Below are positions 24,750-38,800 of a DNA stretch of 64,000 nucleotides, piece after piece. The stretch is from Octopus sinensis (taxonomy: Eukaryota). Below the pieces are notes generated by a model, which searched no databases, was not told where the DNA came from, and was given only the letters and a program-made list of their open reading frames with translations. Within the stretch, counting starts at the first letter, position 1. Each line of letters begins with the position of its first letter. The stretch is from positions 48,856,001 to 48,920,000 of the forward strand of contig NC_043015.1 in assembly GCF_006345805.1 (NCBI RefSeq), written 5' to 3'. The translations under genes and the position numbers were made by a program.

Positions 24750-24944
24750 TACAAGGGGGTGGGGTGCTGAAAAGTTCTTGGCTTTCGAGGTGTCGCGAAA
24801 GGCAGGGCTTAAAAAAACCCTGAAGAACCGCCTGCAATAGGTGTATGAATCTGCGAGGGGAATTATGTTGAATAAAACCGTAATTAACTGATCCTCTTGT
24901 ATTTTCTTTTACCCAAAACCAGGAACTTCCCAGTACCCCCACGT
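24750..24944. mobile_element. Mariner-type MITE
   Basis: TA-flanked imperfect TIRs GGGGTGCTGAAAAGTTCTTGG / CCAGGAACTTCCCAGTACCCC. Confidence 0.55.
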
Positions 24945-26584
24945 ATATGTAATGTTCTTCAGTATGTATATTTGTGTGCCCACCAATTTTTGTTTCTTTT
25001 ACACATTAAATTAATATATAAACGTAAAATCCCTACCACCTGAAAGGTTTTCGAGGAAAATTTCATTGAAAGAAATCTATTTTCCCGAAAGTTATAAGGA
25101 AACAAAGTAGAGGAAGGAGCGGCACACTTGTGGAAGCAAACCTTTTTGTTTTACTCTTTTTAAGATATTAATTATTGCTGTTCTTTTAAATGATGTTTGG
25201 TCCTTCGTTTGCGAATTTCTTCTATAGGCCTATCTATGCCATTTCGTTTTAATTTAATTAGTTGCTGTATCCTGTTTTGAAACCGTCTACGTGTCCCAAT
25301 AAATCGATAGAATTCCATTTGATTCAGTTATTAAGAGGAGTAATTATGTACTTTAAAGATTTGCTGAAATTATTGACATAGATGTACTTTTAGTTACAGC
25401 AATTAGTAAGCTACTGAAAACATTAAATTGATAACACTCCCTTTTTTTCTGGTTGTTTTATTTCTGTGCATTTTCATTACCTATTTCTTTATTACTCAGA
25501 AGGGGCTAAACACAGAGGGGGACAAACAAGGACAGACATAGGTATTAAGTCGATTACATCGACCCCAGTGCGTAACTGGTACTTAATTTATCGACCCCGA
25601 AAGGATGAAAGGGCAAGTCGACCTCGACGGAATTTGAACTCACAACGTAACGACAGACGAAATACGGCTACGCATATCGCCCGGCGTGCTAACGTTTCTG
25701 CCAGCTCGCCGCCTTCCCATTCCTGACCACCACCTCATTTTACATTGAAAATATAGTCAAACAGGGAGGTTGCTAACAATCGCCCAGCCTGCTAGAAATA
25801 ACAGTTAAGTCTATTCTAAATCACATTACTATGGTAGAAAAGAAAAGTAAAAAAAATCACATTGTAATTGGCTATTGTAATCCTACGTGCATTAATACCA
25901 CAAAGCACCTTGGTTGTCACAGGTGAAGCACCTTGGGCCACAAGTCTGCACCAGAGCTTGGGGCTAAACGACATTTGCGTACTACACCAATTACGCCAAT
26001 ATTCTTAAGCTGGTGAAGGTCAGACCGGTCTGCTTCTTTCCATTTGGCACCCAGCCAAAGCTTCTAAGGTCATTCACATATTGAGTAAAGAACCTACGCA
26101 ATTTCCTGACTCGCTAGAAACATCAGCCAAATCTCTTCACATGAAGTGTGTATGAAGGGATTTGACAGTAGAGCGTTATGTCATACATTCTGTTCTCTTA
26201 AAAAAGGGGAGAAAGTACATGAGATGGGGTAGTTCCTGATATAAAAGAAAAAAAAGATGTGTGGCGGGAAATAAGTTTGGTCGCGACTGAAACGCCTCTG
26301 GTCATAAGTTTTCACCAACGAGGGAACGTCTTTGTGCTGGGTTAACTTGCTAGAAACAGCAGTCAAATTTCCCTTAAATTACATCAATGGATACGTGAAA
26401 GGTGGGGGACCGACTTGCCCTGACTTGTTCGAGCAAAGCTGGACGTGGAAGCTAAAACATCGACGAATGTAGTAATATGTCTCTTAATAAAAATATTACT
26501 GTTATCTAGATTTTGGGCATATCTGCATAACTGTGCCTCCCCAACATCGACTTTATTTCCTCATATCTTCCAGGATACCCTCTC

Positions 26585-26800
26585 TCTCTTTTACTCTTTT
26601 ACTTGTTTCAGTCATTTGACTGCGGCCATGCTGGAGCACCGCCTTTAATCGAGCAACTCGACCCCGGGACTTATTCTTTGTAAGCCCAGTACTTATTCTA
26701 TCGGTCTCTTTTGCCGAACCGCTAAGTGACAGGGACATAAACACACCAGCATCGGTTGTCAAGCAATGCTACCGGGACAAACACAGACACACAAACACAT

Positions 26801-26843
<43 letters not shown>

Positions 26844-27015
26844 CATACATACACACACGACAAGCTTCTTTCAGTTTCCGTCTACCAAATCCACTCACAA
26901 GGCATTCGTCGGCCCGAGGCTATAGCAGAAGACACTTGCCCAAGGTGCCACGCAGTGGGACTGAACCCGGGACCATGTGGTTGGTTAGCAAGCTACTTAC
27001 CACACAGCCACTCCT
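26585..27015 (-). mobile_element. SINE family A copy
   Basis: High similarity to the other family A copies. Confidence 0.85.
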
Positions 27016-27636
27016 GGATAATGTTTTTTTTTTTTTTTTTGTAGCGAAACTTTTCACAAATACTTTTTAGATGGTGTAGACAAGGATTATATCGGAATTT
27101 AATGTAATAGAAAGAATAAAAAAGAAAAATGACCACACGCATACATACTAACGCACATTACCTATACATATATCCGCAAAAAGACACTTGAAATTTTGAG
27201 AAAAATTACAGGATGTACTTTAGTATGTGTACGTGCGTTCCCACCAATTTTCCTTTTTTTTTCTTCTTTCTCGTATTAAATACTGATAGAATCGTGATCA
27301 ACATCGGCAATGGTTTTTTTTTCTTTTACTTTTACTTTTTTCAATCATTAGACTGTAGCCATATTGAGGCACCACCTTGAAGAATTTTTAGTTGAAGGAA
27401 TTGGCTCCAGTCTTCTTTTATTTTTTAATTTTTTTTTTTTTAAAGTCTGGTACATATTATGTCAGTTCCTTTTGCCGAACCACTAAGTTACAAGGACATG
27501 AACAGACACAACAGTTGTCAAGCAGTTGATCTGACACACCTTCACAGGCGAAGGTAAAGGATATGCGCACCCGGTGTTTAGGGTTAGGGTTACGGCGAAA
27601 ACCGATGGTGTGTGTATTCTTTACCTCCGCCCATAT

Positions 27637-27671
<35 letters not shown>

Positions 27672-28409
27672 TCAAAATAAGCAACTCCGGTAATTTGGTA
27701 CAATCGTTTCGTACTAGGAAACGATTGTAGTACGAAACGATAGTACCAAATTACCGGAGTCATTCTTGTTGCTTATTTTGATTATAATCACCCCACAAAT
27801 TTTTATGGATAACACCATGCAAAATTCTGGTGCATCTAAATTAAGTACCATATTCATTTGAATCTAAATTTTTGCTGAGCTTATATATATATATATATAT
27901 TATATATATATATACACACACACACATTCAGACACACAACAAGCTTCTGAAATCTAAATACCAAATCCACTCACAAGGTTTTAGTTGGCTCGAGGCTATA
28001 GTAGAAGACACTTGCTCAAGGTGTCACACAGTGGGACTGAAGCTGGAACCATGTGGTTGGGAAGCAAGCTTCTTGTCATACAACCATGCCTGTAGAAAAT
28101 TTCATTAAAAAATGCCTTCTTTTTTTTCCTGAAAGTTATGAGGAAACAAAGTCTGTGGGTGAAGGGTACTAATGTTTGTATGCCAGATTTTGTTGTAGAA
28201 TTTTTCATAGACTTACATTGTAATGTTTTCAAAAGAAAGTTTAATGATCCCAGTGTTTGATGTGATTGAAAGACTTTTTAAATATTGATATACAAAATAA
28301 ATCGTGTTTTATCTCCTGTCTTTCTCATATTCATTTAATATGATTGTACCTCAATTTACAAATACCTCTGATCATGAATAAATTGTGCTTTATCTCTCTC
28401 TCTCTCTCT

Positions 28410-28688
28410 TCCGACCGTGGCCGTTGCCAGCCTAGCTTGGCCCTCGTGCCGGTGGCACGTAAAAAGCACCATCCAATTGTGGCCGTTTGCCAGCCTAGTC
28501 TGGTACCTGTGTCGGTGGCACGTAAAAAGCACCCACTACACTCACAGTGGTTGGCATTAGGAAGGGCATCCAGCCGTAGAAACACTGCCAGATCAGACTG
28601 GGCCTGGTGCAGCCTTCTGGCTTCCTAGATCCCAGTTGAACCATCCAACCCATGCTAGAATGGAAAGTGGATGCTAAATGATGATGAT
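28410..28688 (+). mobile_element. Repeat family C (GTGCCGGTGGCACGTAAAAAGCACC subrepeats, (GAT)n tail; SINE or LINE-tail-like)
   Basis: Copies also near 3550(-), 15470(-), 19180, 30765, 38690, 43172(-), 47357, 48965, 58950 and 60390. Confidence 0.75.
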
Positions 28689-28691
28689 ATA

Positions 28692-28870
28692 TAGTGAGAA
28701 TTTACAAAAGACGAAGACTGGTGTAAACAACAAACAGATGTATTAGTTTAACACTCAGGAAGTGAGAACGTCTTTTACATTTCGAGCCTATGCTCTTCAA
28801 CAGAAAGGAACACAGAAATAAACAGGGAGAGAAAATAGAAAAGGGTTTAGTGGATAGCAATCTATCATGG
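28692..28870 (-). mobile_element. Penelope-like short repeat with a hammerhead-variant motif (28772-28807)
   Basis: Minus strand reads cttt CTGTTGA A GAGC atag GCTC GAAA TG TA aaag. Confidence 0.65.
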
Positions 28871-28874
28871 CAAT

Positions 28875-29150
28875 TGTCCCATTTGATTATCATTTATTCT
28901 GCAGTCTTTGAAATCATTTGGAAGGAAAAAATGTGAATTCTGTAGATGAGGTCAGAACAGTATTGGAAGAATACTTTTCATCACAGACGTGAATTTTAGA
29001 AGAGGAGCCTTGCGAATCTACCAGATCGATGGAAGAACATTGTAGAAAATGGAGTATATATTTTAGATTAAAAAAAGATCTTGGTTTATCTTAATTTTGA
29101 AAAATAGAAGAAATATTAAAAAAACTGCATTATTTACGGGATGACCCAAT
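28875..29150 (+). mobile_element. Mariner transposase C-terminal remnant plus right TIR
   Basis: PFDYHLFCSL*NHLEGKNVNSVDEVRTVLEEYF...LANLPDRWKNIVENG; TIR ends GATGACCCAATA. Confidence 0.8.
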
Positions 29151-32100
29151 ATTTCTGTGAATTGTTAATTTGATCTGCAATGATAAGTACTTATGTAGAG
29201 CACTACATTAATTTTTTTCTGAAAAATGTCTTTTATTTCTGGATAATTCCAGTAACCCCCCATGCCTTAACCAACTTAACTGCATGAATATTCATCAGTT
29301 CCCAACCACATGGTTTTGGTTTCAGTCCCACTGCATGACACCTTGGACAAGTATCTTCTACTATAGCAACTGAGGTTCCCTGGAACCCTAGGGTTCTGCA
29401 AAAGGTTCTTAGGGGTTCTGCGAGAAAGTGAGAGATAAGCTAATGCTAATTTCATGATCGTAATATTACAAATTGGGGTCAATCTAATTGACTGGCCCCT
29501 ACCCCCAAAATTTCAGGCCTTGTACCTAGAGTAGAAAAAAAATATTACTACATATGCACAACATATTATTGGTTATTGTAATATTACAATATGTATAAGG
29601 CAGCGAGCTGGCAAAAATGTTAACATGCTGGACGAAATGCTTAGCTGTATTTCGTCTGTCTTTACGTTGTGAGTTCAAATTCCACTGAGGTTGACTTTGC
29701 CTTTCATCCTTTCGGTGTCGATAAATTAAGTACCTGTTGCATACTGGGGGCGATTTAATCCACTGGCCCCCTCCCACCAAAATTTTGGGTCTTGTGCCTA
29801 GAGTAGAAAAGAATATTGTAATATAGCATATCATCAGACCTCAAAACCTGTCGGACTAAGATATATGTTTACCACGTGAACTATGATGAAAAAAATGTGA
29901 GAAAGATATGGCATATAATTTCATTTGTGCAGGGGTTCCTTGAGACATGTAGTTTATTTTAAGGGTTACGCAAGGATAAAAAGGTTGAGAAACACTGTAT
30001 TATAGTCTTGGGCTGATGAAAACTTTGTAAATGATTTTAGTAGACAGAAGCTGAAAGAAGCTTGTGTGTGTGTGTGTGTGTCTTTTACTTGTTTCAGTCA
30101 TTAGACTGTGGCCATGCTGGAGCACTGCCTTGAAGGATTTTTGTTGAATGAATCAACCCCAGTACTTATTTTAAAAGCCTGGTACTTATTCTATTAGTCA
30201 CCTTTGTGAAACTGCTAAGTTATGGGGATGTAAACACCCAAACACTGGTTGTCAAGTGGTGGCGGTGGGACAAACAGACACAAACAAAAGATATTATATA
30301 TGTATATATGAGATGGGCTTCTTTCAGTTTCCATCTACAAGTCCACTCACAAGGCTTTGGTGGCCTGAGACACTTGCCCAAGGTGCCACACAGTGGGACT
30401 GAACCCAGAACCTCGTGGTTGGGAAGCTAGCTTACCATAAATCCATGCCATATATTTATTTTTGCTTGTTTGTTCCCGCTACCTTGACAACCAGTGTTGG
30501 TTTGTTTACATCTCTGTAACTTAACGGTTTGGCTAAAGAGACTGATAGAATGTGTACCTGACTTTCGAAAAAAAAAATTGAATACTGGGGTTGATTTGTT
30601 TAAATAAACCCTTCAAGGTGGTGCTCCAGTGTGGCCACAATCAAATGACTAAAACAAGAAGATGAATTATAAAGGTTAAATGGCTTAGTAGTGTAAAGTG
30701 TCATACACAGCCCTAACATAACAAAACAAGAATTTAAAAAAAACGTCCAAAAACATGTATTATTCACTGGTCGCCTTATTGGCACTTGTGCCCGTGCTAG
30801 TAGGTTACCAAGAGCACCATCCAAGCGTGATCATTGTCAGAGCAGCCAACTAGCTTCCGTGCCAGTGGCACGTAAAAGGGCACCATTCGAGCATGATCGT
30901 TACCAAAGCCGTCTTACTGGCACCTGTGCTGGTGGCATGTGTAAAAGGATTCGAGCGAGGTCATTGCCAGTACCGTCTGACTGGACCCCGTGCCGGTGGC
31001 ATGTAAAATGCACCCACTACACTCTCGGAGTGGTTGGCGTTAGGAAGGGCATCCAGCCGTAGAAACTCTGCCAAATCAAGATCGGAGCCTGGTGCAACCA
31101 TCTGGTTCGCCAGCCCTCAGTCAAATTGTCCAACCCATGCTAGCATGGAAAGCAGACGTTAAGCGATGATGATGATGACAGAAGGCCCAGTTCTTAACAG
31201 ATCTAACTAACAGTGCTTCATCCACTTGGTTAGTTGAGTGGTTGATATTAAAGTAGATTCATACTACTTCACAAACACCACTATTACTGGTTGAGTGTTG
31301 GATTCGCTTGCAGAACAACTGCTTTCTACAAAATCTTATTTTCTCATTACATAGATTGAACCAGTTTCATCTACCTTACTATAGATTTCATTTTGGGTGA
31401 ATTACCTGAGATTGTGGAAGGTTTGCCTCTTCGTTTTACATAATGTTGAATGAACTAAATACCACAGAATGTTTTGAATATTCTTTAAATTTCCACTTTA
31501 ACTCATCTTTCGATTTTTATTTTTTTTATTTATTTTTTTTTTTTGCATTTGCCTCTTCATGAAGCTTAAGTCGAGTAACTATGTGTTTCTTGTAAGAGAA
31601 GTAGATGTGAGACCATTTTCCTTCGTCTACACTTTGTTCACTTAAATCCTCTTCATAACACTCCCTAATTAAACTCTATGATTAGCTCTATAACATCAAC
31701 ATATGCAATTTTCCTTTACTCTCACTCTTAGACGATTTCTTTAGAGTTGTTAAAAACGGGGACTGAAGGAGAATTAAAAACTGAAGATTGAGTGTTTACA
31801 CCAATTCCTTACTCTCTGTGTAGTGAGAAGTTTGTTTCCCAACCACATGATTGCATGTGGCACCTTGGGAAAATGTCTTCTATAGCCTAGGGCTACCCAA
31901 ACTTTCCATGCTGGCTTGGGTAGGACAGTTTGACTAAGGTCTGGCAAACCAGAAGGCTGCACCAGGCTCCAATCTGATAAACATTTAATAATAATAGTGA
32001 AAAAAATTATCTGAAAGTCATTTCTATTAATTTTTCACACACGTATGTATGAAAAAATATATATATATATATAATGTGTGTGTGTTAGTGTCTGTGTTTG

Positions 32101-32839
32101 TCCCTGCTCCATCCTTGACAACAGGTGTTGTTATGTTTATGTCCCCGTAACTTAGCAGTTCAATAAAAGAGACCAATAGAATAAAAAAGCAGAAATGAGT
32201 AGCAGCGTCAATTCATTTGCCTAAAAATTCTTCAAGATGGTGCTTCGCATGGTTGCAGTCTAATGACTGAAACATATAACGAAAAAGAGATTATTGCTTA
32301 ATACATTGTTAATTAGTATATAGTTTTAATTTACAATAAAAATGTTAAATAGTTTAATTAATTTGTCTTTAGAATCCTGTTATTCTTTCCCACAGTTAAC
32401 TAAATCAAAATGGGTCATGTTTAAACTGGCAAGGTTTTTACCCTTTAGTGTTCAGATTATTCTCTCAAATGTGATGTTTGTTTATTTATGTTGTTTTGAA
32501 TTAATCATGTATTATCTTGTAGTTTAGATAATTCAGTGATGTGATTTTTAAAGTTTTAGAATGACATGGTAGGGCTGAGGTAAGAGGCAAGCTCTGGTCA
32601 GTTTCAATATAAAACTGGTTAAATATTCTGGACGGATATGGCCGGTTTGAATGCTAAAGGGGTAATGATTCAACCATTGACTAACATTCTCATAGCCCCG
32701 AACTTTGGTTAAATTTTAAAGTTTATCTTCTACAAGTAAATTCATAGCATCAAATTAAAAGTGAATTATATTTTATATTTGATGCCCTTACTACAGCTGA
32801 AAGCAGACTTTTATCCTTAAAAGTCCTGCTTTACCCATA

Positions 32840-32897
32840 ATGAGTGATTGGAGACCGTTTGTATATGGTGGTTTGGCATCAGTTACAGCTGAGTGCG
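32840..32897 (+). CDS. SLC25A30: Carrier coding exon 1
   Basis: [19 protein letters not shown]; acceptor AG at 32822-32823; donor GTAAG. Confidence 0.92.
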
Positions 32898-35800
32898 GTA
32901 AGTTTTGCTTTGTCTCAATAAAAATGAACCCTCATTCACACCTCCCCCCTTTCATCCTCTCACAGTCAAGATAAGTCACCTTTCTTTTTCTAATTCTTCT
33001 TCTCTGCCAGTATTTCCCAACCTATTTTCCATCACATGCCACTATAATTTTCCAGTAAAATGTATGCTTTACTGGTGATTATACTTTCCTTAAAGAAATA
33101 TCCACATATCCACACTAGGGCATTAGAATAGCACTGTTCTGGGATCTTTTCGGTTTGAATAGCAGTTTTTTCTAGCAGTGTCATATGAAATTGTTACCCA
33201 TAATTATGACCCTAGTATCGATCTATTGCATTTCAATCTGTTTTAGGGTTAGGGGTGGGGAGAAGGGTATCTTTTTTTTCTTCAGAAATGTAAATAAACC
33301 CAATCTATTTCTTAGATGAGGAACATATTCATACGGCACAGAATGTTTTCACCTCAATGGACGTCATTGATTGGTTGAAATTGCAGAAATTGAAGAAAAA
33401 AACAACGAATATCTTACAAACTATAGAATTTTCTCAATAAAGCCAAGAGAAAAAAATGTTTTATAAACACATTCTACCAGTATACGAGGTTTAAAAGTGT
33501 TTAGTTACGTGGAAATTATTTTAAAAAACTGCCGGTCAAACCGAAAAGATCCCTGTTCTGTAGTAAACAGTCTTCACGCAGCATGCTTGGCTGGAGGGAT
33601 TGGTTCAGCTAGGCTGAATGTAGGTGTAGTATGCTTGCTGCTTAAAAAGATTTTCACAGTTACAAGTCCCACAATTTTCCCAGCGCCCCACCAGTGGGGC
33701 ATATACCCCATGGTGGGAATCATAGCTCTATACCATACAACCTTTTTGTTAGCTACAGACTCTTTGTAAACTCCTTTTACCATCCATCATTTTTCCAGTA
33801 TGCACTTGATGTACCAGACAGAGAAGGACTGGTGTTATTTTTACTTTTAAAGTACAGTTGATGTAATATATATATATGTGTGTATATATATGTGTGTGTA
33901 TATATATGTGTGTGTATATATATGTGTGTGTATATATATGTGTGTGTATATATATGTGTGTGTATATATATGTGTATATATGTGTGTGTATATATATGTG
34001 TGTGTATATATATATGTGTGTGTATATATATATGTGTGTGTATATATATGTGTGTGTGTATATATATGTGTGTGGTATATATATGTGTGTGTATATATAT
34101 GTGTGTGTGTATATATATGTGTGTGTATATATATGTGTGTGTATATATATATGTGTGTGTATATATATATGTGTGTGTATATATATGTGTGTGTGTATAT
34201 ATGTGTGTGTGTATATATGTGTGTATGTGTGTGTGTGTGTGGTGTGTGTGTGTGTGTGTGTGTATATGTGGTGTGTGTGTGTATATGTGTGTGTGTGTAT
34301 ATGTGTGTATATGTGTGTGTGTATATGTGTGTGTGTGTATATGTGTGTGTGTGTATATATGTGTGTGTATGTGTGTGTGTGTGTGTGTATATATGTGTGT
34401 GTGTGTATATATATGTATATATATTATATTCTTGTTGTTTAACTTCTGATCAAACTGACCACTGTAATCAAAAATGTTCCAACTGTTGCCAGACCTACTT
34501 TTTAGGGCTTAGATTTCATTATCCAATACACCCTTACTTTATTTTTTTTTTTTAAAGACTAGGGTGAGATTTGATGGGGGATTTGGCTGCTATTTTCACG
34601 AAGTCAAATGATCACGTAAAAGCTTGCTTGTTATCTCCTGTTTACATAACCTTGTTGAATATGTAAATTAAAAACCTGAGAGGCACTCAGAGTATTTGCC
34701 AGGAAATTGTTATATCCTGATAAATTTTGAATAAGTTATCAGTTGAAATATGTCAAGATCACATAAGCCAAACCCATCTTAACAGGAGTGGAGAGAGAAA
34801 GAGAGAGACAGAGAGTGTGTGTAATTTGAAATGTTTGGAGAATGAAAAAGAGGCTAATGATTTAGTTTTTATCATCGTCATTTAAGGTCCATGTTCCATT
34901 CTTATTTCTTTACTGCCCACAAGGGGGACAAACAAGGTCAGATAAACTGATTGTTGATTATATCGACCCCAGTGCATAACTGGCACTTATTTAATCGACC
35001 CCGAAAGGATGAAAGGCAAAGTCGACCTCGGCGGAATTTGAACTCAGAATGTAGCGGCAGACGAAATACTTATTTCTTTATTGCCCACAAGAGGCTAAAC
35101 ATAGAAGGGAAAACAAGGACAGACAAAGGGATTAAGTCGATTACATCGACCCTAGTGCATAACTGGTACTTAATTTATTGACCCCGAAAGGATGAATGGC
35201 AAAGTCGACCTCGGCGGAATTTGAACTCAGAATGTAGCGGAAGATGAAATCCTGCTAAGCATTTTGCCCGGCGTGCTAACGTTTTTGCTAGCTTGCCACC
35301 CTTCATTCTGGCATGGGTCAGGTGCTTTGACAGGATCTAATGGGTCCCAGGATTGTATCATGCTCCAATGTCTGCTTTGGTATGATTTCTATGACTGTAT
35401 GCCCTTTCTAATGCCAACCATTTTGCAGGGTGTACTGAGTGCATGCTTTCATGCCACCAGCACTAGCAAGGTTACCATATAGCTCACAAGACTATAAAGC
35501 CTGATATGAGGGGTGGGTGTGGCAGCTTTATACTAGGAGATGAGGAATTAAAGCAGTGGAATTAAGGCCTTTGGGGGTCTATTTAACCCTTTTGTTACCA
35601 ACCCGGCTGAAGCTAGCTCTGGCTTTGTAGTACAAATGTCTTGTTTTCAAAAGTTCTGAATTAAAATCTTCCACCAAACCTTAGTCACAATTTATGTTCC
35701 TAACACTAGCTTACTGATAACTAAGTTATTTTACTAAATTCTTTGTTATATTTAAAGTAATTGAAAGAAACACAGAACATCTCAAAATAAATACAATAAC

Positions 35801-38800
35801 GAAAAGGTTAAGATTCTGTTAAAACTTATCTGCAATAAATTGGTTATATTTTTACAACTCACAAAATATTTTAACACTGTTTTTTTTTTTTTTTATTATT
35901 ATAAAAATATAATAGGATTTATATTATACTACCCTGAAACATGTCTGACCAGCAAGGTGAAGCGGCTGACCTCCCCTGTTCAAAGGTTATAATGGATGCA
36001 GGTTCGTGTGTCATATAGCTAGCTAGAGGCGATGGCCTCTTGGAGCTGATCAGCGGCAGCTTTAGTCTTTTATTTATAGACTACCATATTAGCTTGGCGA
36101 TAACTATTAATAATAGGATTTGTTAAACATCACATGGCTATGAGGGTCCATCTGTGTAAAATTGGAACCAAAGGGGTCCATAGGAAAAAAAGTTGTTGGG
36201 AACCACTGGAGGTGGGTGGTAAGCAGGGACTTGTTGTACTCACCTTTATAAGAACAGCTGAGTTTTCACTCCATAATTACAGAGTGAGATTGGTATGTCA
36301 GCTATAGAAAGAAAAGTGACAGAAAGATTAGCTAAACACTTTAATGGCTGAAAGAGTGTCAAAGAATTAATATGGCCTTTGTTCAATGAATGCAGTTTCT
36401 GTTAGACTGAAGTTGTCAATTTCTTTTCTTTTCTTTGTATTTTCTTTTTCTAAATCTTGTTTACTCAGTATTCCAACAGGTTTGGTGTCTTCTAGATTGA
36501 TTTTACTTTCTTCTCTCCTTCACTCATTCTTCTCCACTTCCTACTAGATACATAAACCGTTAAAGATTATCTCTAATAATGTTTCACTGTCGAGCATGTC
36601 ACATTCAGTGGTAACTTTGGCTGATTAGACTTGGATTTTTTCACAATGCCCTGTGTGAAATATTGAGTAAGATCTGACTTGTTCCTAAACTTGTATTAGT
36701 CGTTATTTCTTTCAAACTGGTGTGGGGTTAAATAAAGTTAAGATTCATATTTTGGCAAAGTTTCATTCAATGACATGTAGCTCATTTCTTTCACTACCTC
36801 AAGAACCATCCATTCACAACTGTTATTGCCTATGATGATGATGATTTTGTAAAACATTAAATAATGCATTTTCGTCATTTCCTTCGAAAAATAGGGACAT
36901 TTCCAATTGACACCACAAAAACACGTCTTCAGGTGCAAGGGCAAGTTATTGATTCAAGGCTAACAGAATGCAAGTACCGGGGTATGTTTCATGCCTTTGT
37001 GAGAATCTTCCGCGAAGAAGGACTCTTAGCATTCTATTCAGGGTAAGTAATTATCTCCATGTTCAAACTTCTCACTGTTGCTTGTTTGGTCCTTAACATA
37101 GCTGTGGCCACAAAAGATGTATATTTTCAACATATAGCAAGATACCTGTTCCTGTCTCTTTATCATACTTTAATCCTTTAGTTTTTAAAGACCCACTCCG
37201 GTCATGACCATGGGATTGAACCTAGAAAGTTATCCTCTAAGGCGCAAGTCCAGGCAAGGTTGTTTATGGAAGACCAGCAGTCGCCCATGCATACCAGCCT
37301 CTCCTCTCCATGCCTCCAATGTTATTCAAGGGAAAGGCAAAACTCAATATAGTTTGGCACCAGTGATGCCGCAACTCATTTGTACAGTTTAGTGAATTGG
37401 AGCAATGTAAAATGAATTGTCTTGTTCAAGAACACAACAAACAACCCGATCCAGGAATTGAACTTGCTACCTCATGATTGTGGGCCCAATGCTCTAACCA
37501 CTGAGCCATGCACCTTTAATATTTAATCCAGCTATAGGAGTGGCTGTGTGGTAAGTAGCTTGCTTACCAACCACATGGTTCTGGGTTCAGTCTCACTGCA
37601 TGGCACCTTGGGCAAGTGTCTTCTGCTATAGCTTCGGGCCGACCAAAGCCTTGTGAGTGGATTTGGTAGACGGAAACTGAAAGAAGCCCATCGTATATAT
37701 GTATATATATATATATGTATGTGTTTGTGTATTTGTGTTTGTCCCCCCAACATTGCTTGACAACTGATGCTGGTGTGTTTAGGTCCCCGTAACTTAGCAG
37801 TTCGGCAAAAGAGACCGATAGAATAAGTACTAGGCTTACAAAGAATAAGTCCTGGGGTAGATTTGCTTGACTAAAGGTGGTGCTCCAGCATGGCCACAGT
37901 CACATGACTGAAACAAGTAAAAGAGAGTAAGAGTAACCCAAATATTCTACCATGTTTTATGTTAGAACTGACCTGGTCCAACCTCTCACACCTACCCTAC
38001 AATGACATTCTAAAAATTATATACAAACTCACCATTGAAATCTCTAACACTATAAACAACACATAATTCAAAACAAGGTGAATAAATAAGCAATACAATT
38101 GACAAAGAAATCTGAATGCTAAAAGTTCAACCTTTCATCATCTGGTACAAAGCTACTTCTCTCAAGACTCACCTCAGTTGAGACAGGGGCCTTGTCTTGC
38201 AAGTTACTTGGTGACCTCACCAGTGCTGGTGCCACATAAAAAGCAACCAGCATACGCTGTAAAGTTGCTGGCATTAGGAACATCACTCAGCCACATAAAT
38301 CATATCAAAGCAGACAATGAAGATTGGTGCGATTCTCTAGCTTGCCAGCTTCTCTTGAATTGTCCAACCCATGCCAGCATTGAAAACAGATGTTGAATGA
38401 TGGTGATATGTAATCCTGACATGCTTGAGTTAGTAGTTGTTTTCAACTCTAGGCCATCCCTCATTCAGCAGGCATATAGTCACAAGTATTGACGAAAGAC
38501 CGAGATCTCTGGAGATATGCTGTGACTGTGAAGACCTGACAAATAATGTGAGTTCATGGCTGTTTCCTGCACCAGTTTCACATAGCAGCCCCAACCCATC
38601 CAAAGTACCTTGGATTGCAGAATGGCCTGCTGTGCTTACATTGGATCGTAGGGCGACCTGCTGTGCTTGAGGAGACCTATCGAGTCATGTACATCAAAAT
38701 AAAAGTCAAATGGAAATTGTACTTGTGATACCCATGCCGGTGGCATGTTAAAAGCACCATCCGAACATGGCTGATGCCAGTGCCACCTTGACTGGCTTCC

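Noticed and set aside
32808-32823. U12 branch-like TCCTTAA before carrier exon 1
   Set aside because: Too close to the AG, and no matching U12 donor identified upstream.
33876-34555. 188-225 aa Cys/Val/Tyr-rich ORFs
   Set aside because: Translations of a TG/TA microsatellite open in all three frames; not genes. The same applies to 11284-11728.
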